Shown piece by piece: positions 21,173-31,101 of a DNA stretch of 64,000 bases. The stretch lies in NCBI GenBank assembly GCA_947581795.1, contig CANPVS010000013.1:64-64063 (forward strand). The letters run 5' to 3'. Made by a program: the position numbers and the translations under genes. The notes beneath the pieces were generated by a model. The model ran no database searches. It was not told where the DNA came from and saw nothing but the letters and a program-made list of their open reading frames with translations. The DNA is from an uncultured Oscillospiraceae bacterium. Its GTDB lineage: Bacteria; Bacillota; Clostridia; Oscillospirales; Oscillospiraceae. Within the stretch, counting starts at the first letter, position 1, and every line of letters starts with the position of its first letter.

Positions 21173-21924
21173 ACTATTTCGGATTGAGCGACAAGGGACA
21201 ATACCGAGCGGAGAACCAGGACTGCTTTGACCTGCGGCCCGTGGCCGGGGGCGTCCTCGCCGTCGTGTGCGACGGCATGGGCGGCGCGGCAGGGGGGCTG
21301 ATGGCCAGCGATCTGGCGGCCGGCCGGTTCTTTGCTTTTGCCCGGGCGGCCCTGGAGGCCTCCGATGGGGAGGACCCTGCGGAAGCCCTGCGCCAGGCCA
21401 TCGACGCCGCCAACCGAAAGGTGTTCCGCTACGCCGCCCAGCTGGACGAGTACTCCGGTATGGGCACCACCTTGGTGGCTGGGTACTGGCAGCAGGACAC
21501 GGCCTTTTTTGTGAATGTGGGAGACAGCCGGGCCTACCGCATCGCAAAGGACGGCATCCTGCAGATCACCAGAGACCACTCCCTGGTCCAGCAGATGATC
21601 GACAGAGGAGAGATAACCCCTGCCCAGAGCCGGACCCACCCGCGACGAAATATCATCACCCGGGCGGTGGGCAGCGAGCGGTTCGTCTCCTGCGACGAAT
21701 TCGCCATCCCGATACGGGAGGGAGACCGGTTTTTGCTCTGCTCCGACGGGCTGACGAACGCCATGGAGGACGCGGAGCTGCACCGGGTGCTGCTGGCCGA
21801 GGAGGACGCCGAGAGCGCCTGCCGGAAGCTGGTGGAAGAGGCCATAAACAACGGAGCGCGGGACAATGTGACCGCCATCGTGATATACGCTGAGAAAGGA
21901 GGCGCCGTGAAGAATGGAAAATAA
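21169..21924 (+). CDS. stp: PP2C-family Ser/Thr phosphatase (Stp1/PrpC-like)
   Basis: DKGQYRAENQD, VCDGMGG and LLCSDGL motifs. Lies upstream of the prkC-like kinase. Confidence 0.85.
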   Translation: MNYFGLSDKGQYRAENQDCFDLRPVAGGVLAVVCDGMGGAAGGLMASDLAAGRFFAFARAALEASDGEDPAEALRQAIDAANRKVFRYAAQLDEYSGMGTTLVAGYWQQDTAFFVNVGDSRAYRIAKDGILQITRDHSLVQQMIDRGEITPAQSRTHPRRNIITRAVGSERFVSCDEFAIPIREGDRFLLCSDGLTNAMEDAELHRVLLAEEDAESACRKLVEEAINNGARDNVTAIVIYAEKGGAVKNGK

Positions 21925-23692
21925 GGTGAATTGGCGTCTCGGAAAGATATTGGACGGCCGTTACGAGATCGTGTCTGTGGTGGGCATCGGCGGCATGGCC
22001 GTGGTATACCAGGCTTACGACCTGGAGAAAAAGCGGGATGTGGCTGTTAAGGTCCTTCGTGACGACGTGTCCATGGACGCGGACAGCCGCCGCCAGTTCC
22101 GCAAGGAATACCAGGCGGTGGAGAAGCTGAATCATCCCAATATCCGCGCCGTTTACGACGTGGTATCCTCCGGCGACACGGAGTATATCGTGATGGAATA
22201 TGTGGACGGCATCAACCTGAAGCAGTATATGAAGGGAAAGGGCGTGCTCTCCTGGCAGGAGGTGCTGCACTTCTCCACCCAGATCGCCCGGGCCCTCAGC
22301 CACGCTCACAGCCGGGGCATCATCCACATGGATATCAAGCCCCAGAACATCATGCTGCCCAAGGACGGCACGGTGAAGATCGCCGATTTCGGCATTGCCC
22401 AGATGGATGAGGCCGATGTTGCCGACGCGGAGGAGGCCCTGGGAAGCATCCACTATATCTCTCCGGAACAGGCACGGGGCGGCAATGTGGACGCCCGCAG
22501 CGACATCTATTCTCTGGGCGTGGTCATGTATGAGATGCTCACGGGCAAACTGCCTTTCAACGGCAAGACTGTGGGGGAGGTGGCCGTGCAGCAGGTCTCC
22601 GTCCTGCCCGACGCGCCCAGCGCCATCAACCCCGACGTCCCCCCGGAGCTGGAGGACATCACGCTCCGGGCCATGCAGCCCGAGCCCAACGACCGTTACT
22701 CCTCCGCCGGCGAGATGCTGGCGGACCTGGAGGATTTCCGCCGGTCCCGCAGCGGCACGGCCGCCGTTCAGGACCAGGCCTATGAGATTCGGGACGAAGT
22801 CCATGTGATCTCGAAGAACGTGCCCCGCATCAGCAAGTCCGGTGAGCTGTCCAAGGAGGGCTATGCCCGCCGCCGGTCCCGCGCCGCCAGCATCAGCCTG
22901 CTGTCCGGGTGTGTGATCGTGGTGGCCTTCGCTCTGGCCCTGTTCGTATTTGTTTGGCAGTACTGGCTGGCGGACATCTTCCGGGACGCGGAGCGTGTGA
23001 ACGTGTCCTCCTTTACCGGGCTCCGGTACGAGGACATCATGATGGACGAGCAGCTGAAGGAGCTGTATAACTTCAAGGTCGTCTACAAAGCCGATTCCAC
23101 CCACGACGAGGGCATGGTGGTGGACCAGGACCCCACCGCCGGCGCCAGCCGGATGGTCACCTCCGAGGGCATCGACGTGACCCTGACGGTCAGCTCCGGC
23201 GTGCAGCTGGTCACCATCCCCGACGATATTCTGAACGCCCCCTACACGAACGTACAGGTCCGTCTGGAGGCCAAGGATCTGAACGTGAGCATCGAGCTGC
23301 AGGAGTCCAGCTCCGTCACGGAGAACTACGTCATCTCCTCCGATCCCGCTCCCGGCGCCTCCGTATCCAGCGGCAGCACCGTGACGCTGTATGTCAGCGC
23401 AGGACCCGCGGCCAGCTATACGTCCGTGCCCAGCGTGATAGGCCTTTCCAAGGAATCCGCTCTGCTCACCCTGCAGCGGGAAGGACTTATCTGCGGCGAG
23501 AACGAGATATCCTATGTCAGCTCTTCCGCTACTGAGGCCGGCAAGGTCATGTGGCAGAGCTATTCCGCCGGCACCCAGGTCATCATGGGCACCCAGGTGT
23601 ATCTGCAGGTTGGTACCGGTCCCGCCGTGGCGTCCCAGCCTGCCCAGGCCCCACAGCAGCAACAGGAGGCGGCGCCTCCCGCGGAGGGTTGA
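21914..23692 (+). CDS. prkC: Ser/Thr protein kinase with extracellular PASTA repeats
   Basis: Hanks kinase motifs (GIGGMAVVY, HMDIKPQN, DFG), one TM helix and PASTA-like repeats. Confidence 0.88.
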   Translation: MENKVNWRLGKILDGRYEIVSVVGIGGMAVVYQAYDLEKKRDVAVKVLRDDVSMDADSRRQFRKEYQAVEKLNHPNIRAVYDVVSSGDTEYIVMEYVDGINLKQYMKGKGVLSWQEVLHFSTQIARALSHAHSRGIIHMDIKPQNIMLPKDGTVKIADFGIAQMDEADVADAEEALGSIHYISPEQARGGNVDARSDIYSLGVVMYEMLTGKLPFNGKTVGEVAVQQVSVLPDAPSAINPDVPPELEDITLRAMQPEPNDRYSSAGEMLADLEDFRRSRSGTAAVQDQAYEIRDEVHVISKNVPRISKSGELSKEGYARRRSRAASISLLSGCVIVVAFALALFVFVWQYWLADIFRDAERVNVSSFTGLRYEDIMMDEQLKELYNFKVVYKADSTHDEGMVVDQDPTAGASRMVTSEGIDVTLTVSSGVQLVTIPDDILNAPYTNVQVRLEAKDLNVSIELQESSSVTENYVISSDPAPGASVSSGSTVTLYVSAGPAASYTSVPSVIGLSKESALLTLQREGLICGENEISYVSSSATEAGKVMWQSYSAGTQVIMGTQVYLQVGTGPAVASQPAQAPQQQQEAAPPAEG

Positions 23693-23712
23693 GCTTGCTG
23701 GAAGGCGTCATC

Positions 23713-24576
23713 ATGCGGGCCCTCAGCGGATTCTATGACGTTCGCGCGGGCTCTGAGTTGGTGCGGTGCCGTGCCAAAGGACGGTTCCGCAAGGACGGGC
23801 TCACGCCCTTGGTGGGTGACCGGGTCCTGATCGAAGAGACCGGCGACGGCACTGGTACCGTAGCGGAGATACTCCCGAGAAAGAATGCCTTCTGCCGCCC
23901 GGCGGTGGCAAATGTGGACTACCTGGTGATGGTGGTATCCGCCGTCATACCGGTGACGGACCCGTACCTTATCGACCGGGTAACGGTCCGGTGCGAGAAA
24001 AATTGGTGCGGCGTGCTCCTGGCCCTCAACAAATGCGATCTGGATCCCGGCAAAGAGCTGAGGCAAATATATGCCGCCGCAGGCTATAGTGTGTATCCTG
24101 TCAGTGCTTTTACCGGCGAAGGCGTGGACGCGTTCCGCCGCGCTATCGAAGGCAAGATCTGCTGCTTCACCGGGAATTCCGGCGTGGGCAAGAGCAGCCT
24201 TATCAACGCCCTGGCGCCCGGACTCGCCATCCCCACGGCGGAGGTGAGCCAAAAGCTGGGCCGGGGCAGACATACCACCCGCCACGTGGAGCTTTTCGAC
24301 ATCGGCGGCGGCACGCTTCTGGGGGACACGCCTGGATTTGCCTCCTTCGGGGACGAGGACGAGACGCCGTTTCTGCCCGAGGAGCTGGATGGGCTCTTCC
24401 CGGAGTTTCTGCCTTATCTGGGCAAATGCCGCTTTGACGACTGCACCCATCGGTCGGAACCCGGCTGCGCGGTGCGCTCCGCGCCCCCGGAACATATCCA
24501 TCCCAGCCGCTACGCCTCTTATCTGCGGCTTTACGAGGAGGCCTCCAAGCTCAAACGCTGGGAGCTGGAGCCGTAA
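23713..24576 (+). CDS. rsgA: ribosome small subunit-dependent GTPase A
   Basis: ALSGFYDV OB-fold start, NKCDL, GNSGVGKSSLIN and a C-terminal Zn motif CRFDDCTHRSEPGC. A TTG at 23695 is an alternative in-frame start. Confidence 0.88.
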   Translation: MRALSGFYDVRAGSELVRCRAKGRFRKDGLTPLVGDRVLIEETGDGTGTVAEILPRKNAFCRPAVANVDYLVMVVSAVIPVTDPYLIDRVTVRCEKNWCGVLLALNKCDLDPGKELRQIYAAAGYSVYPVSAFTGEGVDAFRRAIEGKICCFTGNSGVGKSSLINALAPGLAIPTAEVSQKLGRGRHTTRHVELFDIGGGTLLGDTPGFASFGDEDETPFLPEELDGLFPEFLPYLGKCRFDDCTHRSEPGCAVRSAPPEHIHPSRYASYLRLYEEASKLKRWELEP

Positions 24577-24621
24577 CATATTCCGCCTTTCATCCATACA
24601 ATGGATGGGAGGCGGTGTTTT

Positions 24622-24774
24622 ATGGGCAGAAGGGGAGGCGGCGCGCTTTGCTGCTGCGCGGTGATATTGGGTACGCTCATATTGGTGACGCTTATGATGC
24701 CCAACTGGTTCTGGTGGCTGGCCGGGGCGGGACTGCTCGCTCTCGGTTGTCGGGGGATGTTCCGGGACCGGTGA
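24622..24774 (+). CDS. candidate 50-aa small membrane protein (below the ORF-track cutoff)
   Basis: GGGAGG Shine-Dalgarno 6 nt upstream of the ATG. Sequence is MGRRGGGALCCCAVILGTLILVTLMMPNWFWWLAGAGLLALGCRGMFRDR, with two hydrophobic helices. Confidence 0.35.
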   Translation: MGRRGGGALCCCAVILGTLILVTLMMPNWFWWLAGAGLLALGCRGMFRDR

Positions 24775-24837
24775 CATATTCCCATGGACGGACGCATACC
24801 CTTGCCATAGAAAAATTCGGCAAGGAGCGATCGAATC

Positions 24838-26337
24838 ATGGATACGGCCCTGAAAAAGGATATATATGAGCAGTTGGTCCCCGTGTGGTCGGGCTCGTTC
24901 AGCCGGGACTTCACCGCGGAGACCATCGTGCCTGACGCCATGCCGGACATGGCCTCGGTGGTGGACGCGGAGGGGATCATCACCCTGCGGAGCAAGGAGA
25001 CGGTCCAGGGAAGCGTATCCCTGGGCGCCAGTGTGAGCGTGTCGGTGCTGTACATGCCGGAAAACGGCGGCATGGTACAGAGCCTGGCTCTGGTGGTGCC
25101 TGTGGAGATGCACGCCGACGCACCGGGAGCGGACGCGGACTGCCAAACCGTGGCCAGGCTGCGGGTCCGGGCGCTGGATGCCCGGATGGTCAACTCCCGG
25201 AAGCTCTCCGTGCGGGTGGATGTGGACTGCGAGGCGCGGTGCTATCAGAGCAAGCCTATGGAGCTGCCCTGTGGACTGGCGGCGGAGGAGAAGAGCGTTC
25301 ATGTGCTCACAAAGACAGCGCCTCTGGTGACGGCGGCGGACGTGCGGGAGAAGACCTTCGTGCTGACCGACGCCTATCCGCTGCCCACGGGCAGTGCCGG
25401 TGTGGAGCGCATTCTGAGCCAGCGGGTTGACGCGGCCCTGGAGGACGTGAAGTACGTCTCCGGCAAGGTGGTGTTCCGGGGCAAGGTCCGTGCGGGGCTG
25501 GTGTTCGCCTGCCAGGATAGGGAGGTATTCGCCGGCCGGTATGAGACGGAATTCTCTCAGATCATGGAGGTGGAGGCACAGGAGGGTGACGTGACGCCGG
25601 AGGTTGCGCTCATGTTCACAGGGGCCTACTTTGACCTTCCGGAGCGGCAGGACGAGGACGGCAAGGTGGGAGCGGAGCTGCATCTGGTGGCTCAGACCGT
25701 ATGCCGTAAGGTGGTCGAGGCGGCCTACATAGCGGACCTCTACAGCAACCGGACCGTGCTGGTCCCCAAGCGGGAGCAGATACCGTTGGTCAGCGCCGCA
25801 AAGCCCATCTCCATGCGCCAGTCCGTCACCGGTACTGCGGAGCTCATGGGCGCCTCTGGGGACGTGCTGACCCTGGCGGCCAGCGTAGGCTCTGTAACCG
25901 TGGAGGGCAATACCGTAAAGACGGCGGTGAACGTCCGGGTCATATTGAAGGGAGAGAACGGCTGCGGCGCTGTGCGCTGCCGCCTCACGGCGGAGTTCAC
26001 CACGGACATCGGCTCTGACACGGAGCTACAGGGCGTCGCCGTCACCGCGGCGGACGTATTCTGCGCCCCGGCCGGCGGGAGCATGGACGTGCGGGCCACC
26101 CTGCAGATGGAGGCCATGGCCGTGACCCGTTCCGCTCTCGCCGCTGTGACCGAAGTGACTGAGGATCCGGATGCCTGGGCGTCCATGCCGCCCGCGCCCT
26201 CTATAACGTTGGTCCGGGTGGAGCCGGAGGCGGATATGTGGGCCCTGGCGCAAAAATACCGCTCTACCGTGGAGGCCATCGCCGCCGCCAACGGCGGAAA
26301 GGACCATGGGCTGCTTCTAATTCCGAAGGCCAGATAG
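24838..26337 (+). CDS. DUF3794-like repeat protein with C-terminal LysM domain (spore-envelope-type)
   Basis: 499 aa. The C-terminal approx. 45 aa (ITLVRVEPEADMWALAQKYRSTVEAIAAANG...LLIP) fit LysM. Confidence 0.6.
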   Translation: MDTALKKDIYEQLVPVWSGSFSRDFTAETIVPDAMPDMASVVDAEGIITLRSKETVQGSVSLGASVSVSVLYMPENGGMVQSLALVVPVEMHADAPGADADCQTVARLRVRALDARMVNSRKLSVRVDVDCEARCYQSKPMELPCGLAAEEKSVHVLTKTAPLVTAADVREKTFVLTDAYPLPTGSAGVERILSQRVDAALEDVKYVSGKVVFRGKVRAGLVFACQDREVFAGRYETEFSQIMEVEAQEGDVTPEVALMFTGAYFDLPERQDEDGKVGAELHLVAQTVCRKVVEAAYIADLYSNRTVLVPKREQIPLVSAAKPISMRQSVTGTAELMGASGDVLTLAASVGSVTVEGNTVKTAVNVRVILKGENGCGAVRCRLTAEFTTDIGSDTELQGVAVTAADVFCAPAGGSMDVRATLQMEAMAVTRSALAAVTEVTEDPDAWASMPPAPSITLVRVEPEADMWALAQKYRSTVEAIAAANGGKDHGLLLIPKAR

Positions 26338-26400
26338 TTGATATTGTGAAAAAATTGTGCTACAATGTCCGGGAACGCAATTTTACAGGGGGATAACACC

Positions 26401-27141
26401 ATGTCCGGACATTCCAAGTGGCACAACATACAGAAAACGAAGGGCGCCGCCGACGCGAAGCGTGCCCAAGCCTTCACCAAGATCGCCCGCGAGATCATCG
26501 TGGCGGTGAAGGAGGGCGGCAGCGGCGACCCCAAGAATAATATGCGCCTGGCCGCCGTCATTACCAAGGCCAAGGCCGCCAATATGCCCAACGACAACAT
26601 CAAGCGCACCATCGACAAGGCGCTGGGCAGCGGCGACACCTCCAGCTTCGAGTCCGTCACCTATGAGGGCTACGGCCCCAGCGGCGTGGCCATCATCGTG
26701 GAGGCCATGACCGATAACCGCAACCGCACCGCCAGCGACGTGCGTCACACCTTCGACAAGTACAACGGCAACATGGGTCCCACCAACTGCGTGAGCTGGT
26801 CCTTTGACCGCAAGGGCGTCATCGTGGTGGACAACGAGGACGGCGACCTGGACGAGGACACCGTCATGATGGACGCCATGGAGGCGGGCGCCGCCGATAT
26901 GGAGACCGAGGAGGGCGTGTTCACCCTCTACACCGCCCCAGAGGATGTGACCGCCGTGGCGGAGTACATGACCGCCCACGGCTACAAGCTGGACTCCGCC
27001 CAGGAGGAGATGGTCCCCCAGAACTACGTCACCCTGACGGCGGAGGGCGACCGGAAGAATATGCAGAAGATGCTGGATGTGTTTGAGGACAACGAGGACG
27101 TGCAGAACGTCTGGCACAACTGGGACAATCCCGACGACTGA
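26401..27141 (+). CDS. yebC: YebC/PmpR-family transcriptional regulator
   Basis: MSGHSKWHNIQ start and the typical 246-aa layout. Confidence 0.9.
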   Translation: MSGHSKWHNIQKTKGAADAKRAQAFTKIAREIIVAVKEGGSGDPKNNMRLAAVITKAKAANMPNDNIKRTIDKALGSGDTSSFESVTYEGYGPSGVAIIVEAMTDNRNRTASDVRHTFDKYNGNMGPTNCVSWSFDRKGVIVVDNEDGDLDEDTVMMDAMEAGAADMETEEGVFTLYTAPEDVTAVAEYMTAHGYKLDSAQEEMVPQNYVTLTAEGDRKNMQKMLDVFEDNEDVQNVWHNWDNPDD

Positions 27142-27149
27142 GTAAGGTA

Positions 27150-27498
27150 GCGAGTTTTCCGAATGGCCGCGGGCATGAGCCGAAAGGCTGTGCGTGAGGA
27201 AAGTCCGGGCTCCACAGGGCAAGGATAACGGGTAACGCCCGCCGATGGCGACATCAGGACGAGTGCAACAGAGACAGACCGCCGCGTCTTTGGCGCGGTA
27301 AGGGTGGAAAGGCGGTGTAAGAGACCACCCGGCGCCCTGGCGACAGAGCGCTGCTGTAAACTCTATCCGGAGCAACACCGTGGAGGGGAACATAGGCCGG
27401 CCCGGCCTCCCCGGGGAGGTGGCTTGAGCGCAGCGGCAACGCGGCGCCTAGATAGATGGCCATTTTAAACAGAATCCGGCTTACACGAGAGCTCGTTT
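27150..27498 (+). ncRNA. rnpB: RNase P RNA, bacterial type A
   Basis: Universal GAGGAAAGUCCGGGCUCC, GGGUAACGCC, AGUGCAACAGAGA, GUAAGGGUGGAAAGG..GUAAGAGACCACC and ACAGAAUCCGGCUUAC. P1 pairs 27151-27160 with 27487-27496. Confidence 0.9.
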
Positions 27499-27501
27499 AT
27501 C

Positions 27502-27535
27502 AAAAAGAGACAGGATCGCGGTCCTGTCTCTTTTT
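27502..27535. terminator. bidirectional rho-independent terminator after rnpB
   Basis: AAAAA-GAGACAGGA-tcgcgg-TCCTGTCTC-TTTTT. Confidence 0.8.
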
Positions 27536-27559
27536 ATACCTTCTTGTAGGTATCTGTTT

Positions 27560-27588
27560 CTTGTAAACCACAAGATATTGTATTATAA
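27560..27588 (+). promoter_or_regulatory. sigma-A-type promoter for murD
   Basis: TTGTAA, 17-nt spacer, TATAAT. This places the ORF-track ATG at 27578 inside the promoter. Confidence 0.55.
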
Positions 27589-27613
27589 TACCTGTGATCG
27601 TGAGGTGTATGCC

Positions 27614-28999
27614 TTGACACTGAAAGAGTATTTGAAGGGCCTGACGGGAAAGCGGGCCGCCGTGGTGGGCGCGGGGCTTTCCAACCGGCCTTTGGTAGCG
27701 TTGCTGGCCGACGCCGGCGTGGACACCACGGTATATGACAAAGCCAGTCCGGAGGCGCTGGGCGCCTTCTATGAGGATATGAGCGCCAGGGGCGTAAAGT
27801 TCCATCTGGGGGAGAACTACCTGGCCTGCCTGGAGGGGGATATAGTCTTCCGCAGTCCCAGCATCCTGCCGTTCCGGCCGGAGCTGGCCCGAGCGGCGGA
27901 CGGAGGCGCGGTCATCACCAGCGAGATGGAGGTCTTCATGGACCTTTGTCTTTGTCCTATCATCGCCGTGACAGGCTCTGACGGCAAGACCACTACCACG
28001 ACCCTCATCGCGAAGATACTGGAGGCTGCCGGCAGAAAGGTTTGGCTGGGGGGCAATATCGGCCATCCGCTGCTGGCTGACGTGGATAATATCGCCCCGG
28101 AGGACGCGGCTGTGCTGGAGCTCAGCTCCTTCCAGCTGCACAGCATAAACTGCTCGCCGGATGTAGCCGTTATCACCAACATGGCCCCCAATCATCTGGA
28201 CATCCATAAGGACTATCAGGACTATATCGACGCGAAAAAACAGATATTCAAAAACCAGCGCCCGGACGCCAAGCTGGTCCTCAACCATGACAACGCCGTG
28301 ACGATGGCTTGCGCTGGGGAGGCGAAGTGCCCCGTGTGGTGGTTCAGCCGGAAGGAGAAGGTCTCTCCAGGCCTCTGGCTGCGGCCCGACGGGATGATCT
28401 GCGCCTCGGTGGACGGGGAGGATAAGGAAGTATTGCCCATGGGGGATATCCGCATCCCGGGCATGCACAACGTGGAGAACATGATGACCGCCTTCGCGGC
28501 CACTTGGGGCATTGCGGATATGGAAGCTATGAGAAAGGTAGCCCGCTCCTTCACAGGCGTACCCCACCGGCTGGAGACCGTCCGGGTCCACAAGGGCGTG
28601 ACATATATCAACGACTCCATCGCCTCCAGTCCGGACCGTACCCTGGCGGGCCTGGCCTGCTTCAAGGATAAGCTCATCCTCATCGCCGGGGGAAAGGACA
28701 AGGGCGTGCCCTTCGACAGTCTGGGCCCGTCCATATGCGCTCACGTGAAGAAACTGTACCTGACCGGCCTCACGGCGGGGAAGATCAGAGCCGCTGTGGA
28801 GAATGCCAGGGAATATGTCCCCGGCGCGCCGGAGATATTTGAAATAGAGGATTTCACGGAGACGGTGAAGGCGGCCGCCGCCGCGGCCCGGCCCGGCGAC
28901 ACGGTGCTTATGAGCCCGGCCAGTACGTCCTTCGACCGTTTTAAGAACTTCGAGGAGCGCGGTGAGCGCTTCCGCCGGATCGTGGAGGGATTGGAGTAA
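27614..28999 (+). CDS. murD: UDP-N-acetylmuramoylalanine--D-glutamate ligase
   Basis: VVGAGLSN Rossmann motif, GSDGKTTTT P-loop and Mur ligase C-terminal domain. TTG 27614 is preceded by GAGGTG. Confidence 0.88.
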   Translation: MTLKEYLKGLTGKRAAVVGAGLSNRPLVALLADAGVDTTVYDKASPEALGAFYEDMSARGVKFHLGENYLACLEGDIVFRSPSILPFRPELARAADGGAVITSEMEVFMDLCLCPIIAVTGSDGKTTTTTLIAKILEAAGRKVWLGGNIGHPLLADVDNIAPEDAAVLELSSFQLHSINCSPDVAVITNMAPNHLDIHKDYQDYIDAKKQIFKNQRPDAKLVLNHDNAVTMACAGEAKCPVWWFSRKEKVSPGLWLRPDGMICASVDGEDKEVLPMGDIRIPGMHNVENMMTAFAATWGIADMEAMRKVARSFTGVPHRLETVRVHKGVTYINDSIASSPDRTLAGLACFKDKLILIAGGKDKGVPFDSLGPSICAHVKKLYLTGLTAGKIRAAVENAREYVPGAPEIFEIEDFTETVKAAAAAARPGDTVLMSPASTSFDRFKNFEERGERFRRIVEGLE

Positions 29000-29002
29000 A
29001 CT

Positions 29003-30025
29003 ATGGAACTTGCGGAACTGACAAAATGCCTGTCCGGCCTGTCCGGACCCTCCGGCTTTGAGGAGAGCGTGCGGGAGTATATCTCGTCTTACCTGCACCA
29101 CGCGGCGGACGAGATACGCACCGACGCCCTGGGCAACATGATCGCCATCAAACGCTGTGGCAAACTGGGCGCGAAGATGATACTTCTTGACGCCCACATG
29201 GACGAGATCGGCTTCATCGTCACCGGCGCGAAGGACGGCTTTCTGTCCTTCGGGATGCTGGGCGGTGTGGACCAGCGGATGCTGCCCGCCCGGGAGGTGA
29301 TGGTGCTGTCCGACCCGCCTCTGTACGGCGTCATCGACACCATGCCGCCCCATGTGCTCACGGTGGAGGAGAAGAGCAAGGCCATCGAGCCGGACAAGCT
29401 CTTCATCGACGTTGGCCTTACCCAGGAAGAGGCCCTGAAGGCCGCGCCCCAGGGAACGCCTGTGGTGTATGCGGCAGGCTGCGACGACCTGGGACAGGGG
29501 CAGCTGTGCGGCAAAGCCCTGGACGACCGGGCCTGCGCCGCCGTCATCATCAAGGCTTTTGAGCGCCTGGCGGCTCAGGAACTGAACGCGGACATTTGCT
29601 GCCTCGTCAGTACCCAGGAGGAGGTGGGCCACCGGGGCGCCACCGTGGCGGCCTTCGGTCTGGAGCCGGATATCGCCATCGTGGTGGACGTGACCCACGG
29701 CAGGACACCCGACGGGAAAGAGGCCCTCACCGACTGTGGGAAGGGCGCCGCCATCGGCATCGGACCCAATATCAACACGGCCCTGGCCCGCCAACTCATA
29801 GCTATGGCGGAGGAGAAGAAGATACCCTATCAGCCGGAGGCGGTGCCCGGCGGCAACAGCGGCACCAACGCCCACGCCATCCAGGTGGCCCGCACCGGCG
29901 TGGTGACGGCGCTCATATCCCTGCCGCTGAAATACATGCACACGCCGGTGGAGGTGGTCCACATCTCCGATATGGAGGCCATCGTGGACCTGATCGCCGC
30001 CTACGTGGAAAGCCTGGAGGTGTGA
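29003..30025 (+). CDS. M42 family metallopeptidase (paralog 1)
   Basis: 340 aa with HMDEIGF, DDRA and QEEVG motifs. Confidence 0.85.
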   Translation: MELAELTKCLSGLSGPSGFEESVREYISSYLHHAADEIRTDALGNMIAIKRCGKLGAKMILLDAHMDEIGFIVTGAKDGFLSFGMLGGVDQRMLPAREVMVLSDPPLYGVIDTMPPHVLTVEEKSKAIEPDKLFIDVGLTQEEALKAAPQGTPVVYAAGCDDLGQGQLCGKALDDRACAAVIIKAFERLAAQELNADICCLVSTQEEVGHRGATVAAFGLEPDIAIVVDVTHGRTPDGKEALTDCGKGAAIGIGPNINTALARQLIAMAEEKKIPYQPEAVPGGNSGTNAHAIQVARTGVVTALISLPLKYMHTPVEVVHISDMEAIVDLIAAYVESLEV

Positions 30026-30026
30026 T

Positions 30027-31049
30027 ATGATGCTGGATACTCTGGAGACCCTGTGCTGTCTGGAGGGCGTGTCCGGCGGGGAGGACGAGGTCCGGGACTA
30101 TATTCTGGAGCGCGTATTGCCTCACGCCGACGAGATACGCACCGACCCCTTGGGCAACCTGATGGTGTTCAAAAAGGGCGCTGTGACGCCGGAAAAGCGA
30201 GTCATGCTATGCGCCCATATGGATGAGGTGGGCCTCATCGTGACCCATATCACAGAGGACGGATATCTGCGCTTCGACCAGGCCGGCGGCATTGACCGTC
30301 GTGTCATCATCGGCAAGAAGGTGTTCGTTGGCCCGGGGCGCATCCTGGGCGTGGTGGGCTCCAAGGCCGTGCACATGACCACGGCGGAGCAGCGCAAAAA
30401 GCTGCCGGAAATAAAGGACATGTTCATCGACATCGGCGCGAAGGATAAGGCCGAGGCGGAAAAGCAGGTCCACATCGGCGACCTGGTGGCCTTTGATGAC
30501 CGGGTGGTCCGCTTTGGGGACGGCTTCGTGAAGGCCAAGGCCATCGACGACCGGGTTGGCTGCGCGACCATGGTAGAACTCATCGAGAGCGAACTTCCCT
30601 GTGACTGCTGGTTTGCCTTTACCACCCAGGAGGAGGTGGGCTCCCGGGGCGCCACGGTAGCGGCCCGGAGCATCCAGCCGGATGTGGCTCTCGTTCTGGA
30701 AGGCACCACGGCGGCGGATATCCCCGGCACGGAGGGGGCAGGTCGGGTGTGCCTGCTGGGCAGCGGCGTGGTGCTCCCCTTTATGGACAGGGGCACCATC
30801 TATGATAAGGACCTCCGGGCGACGCTCATCCGCCTGGCGGAGGAAAACGGCATCCCCTGGCAGACAAAGAGCATGATCGCCGGCGGCACCGACGGCTCCG
30901 TTGTCCAGCGCAGCGGCGCGGGCGCGGAGGTAGCTGCCCTGTCCGTAGCCGTGCGGAACATCCACTCCCCGGCGTGCGTGGCGAAGATTTCCGAGTGCGA
31001 GGATCAGCTGAAGCTGGCCAGGCTCTTCCTGGCGGAAATGGCGAAATGA
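30027..31049 (+). CDS. M42 family metallopeptidase (paralog 2)
   Basis: 340 aa with HMDEVGL, DDRVG and QEEVG motifs. In tandem with paralog 1. Confidence 0.85.
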   Translation: MMLDTLETLCCLEGVSGGEDEVRDYILERVLPHADEIRTDPLGNLMVFKKGAVTPEKRVMLCAHMDEVGLIVTHITEDGYLRFDQAGGIDRRVIIGKKVFVGPGRILGVVGSKAVHMTTAEQRKKLPEIKDMFIDIGAKDKAEAEKQVHIGDLVAFDDRVVRFGDGFVKAKAIDDRVGCATMVELIESELPCDCWFAFTTQEEVGSRGATVAARSIQPDVALVLEGTTAADIPGTEGAGRVCLLGSGVVLPFMDRGTIYDKDLRATLIRLAEENGIPWQTKSMIAGGTDGSVVQRSGAGAEVAALSVAVRNIHSPACVAKISECEDQLKLARLFLAEMAK

Positions 31050-31101
31050 TGTCATAATCCGTCGTCCCGGCGCATAGTCTCCCCTGATAGGGGGTGTAGC
31101 T

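Noticed and set aside
21656-23662. 668-aa antisense ORF opposite stp/prkC.
   Set aside because: Same GC artefact. The sense strand encodes a complete, motif-bearing phosphatase and kinase.
23560-25683. 707-aa antisense ORF opposite rsgA and the LysM protein gene.
   Set aside because: GC-driven shadow ORF with no motifs. It spans an intergenic region and two real genes.
27578-27613. ATG at 27578 as the murD start.
   Set aside because: It lies between the -35 and -10 elements of the best promoter. TTG 27614 has a GAGGTG RBS and gives a normal-length MurD N-terminus.
27500-29962. 820-aa antisense ORF opposite murD and the M42 peptidase.
   Set aside because: GC-driven shadow ORF. It also runs through a clear promoter and terminator.
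29003-31049. Tandem M42 peptidase paralogs as a possible novelty.
   Set aside because: Duplicated or triplicated M42 (FrvX/YsdC-like) genes are common in Firmicutes, since the oligomers are often hetero-subunit. This is ordinary.
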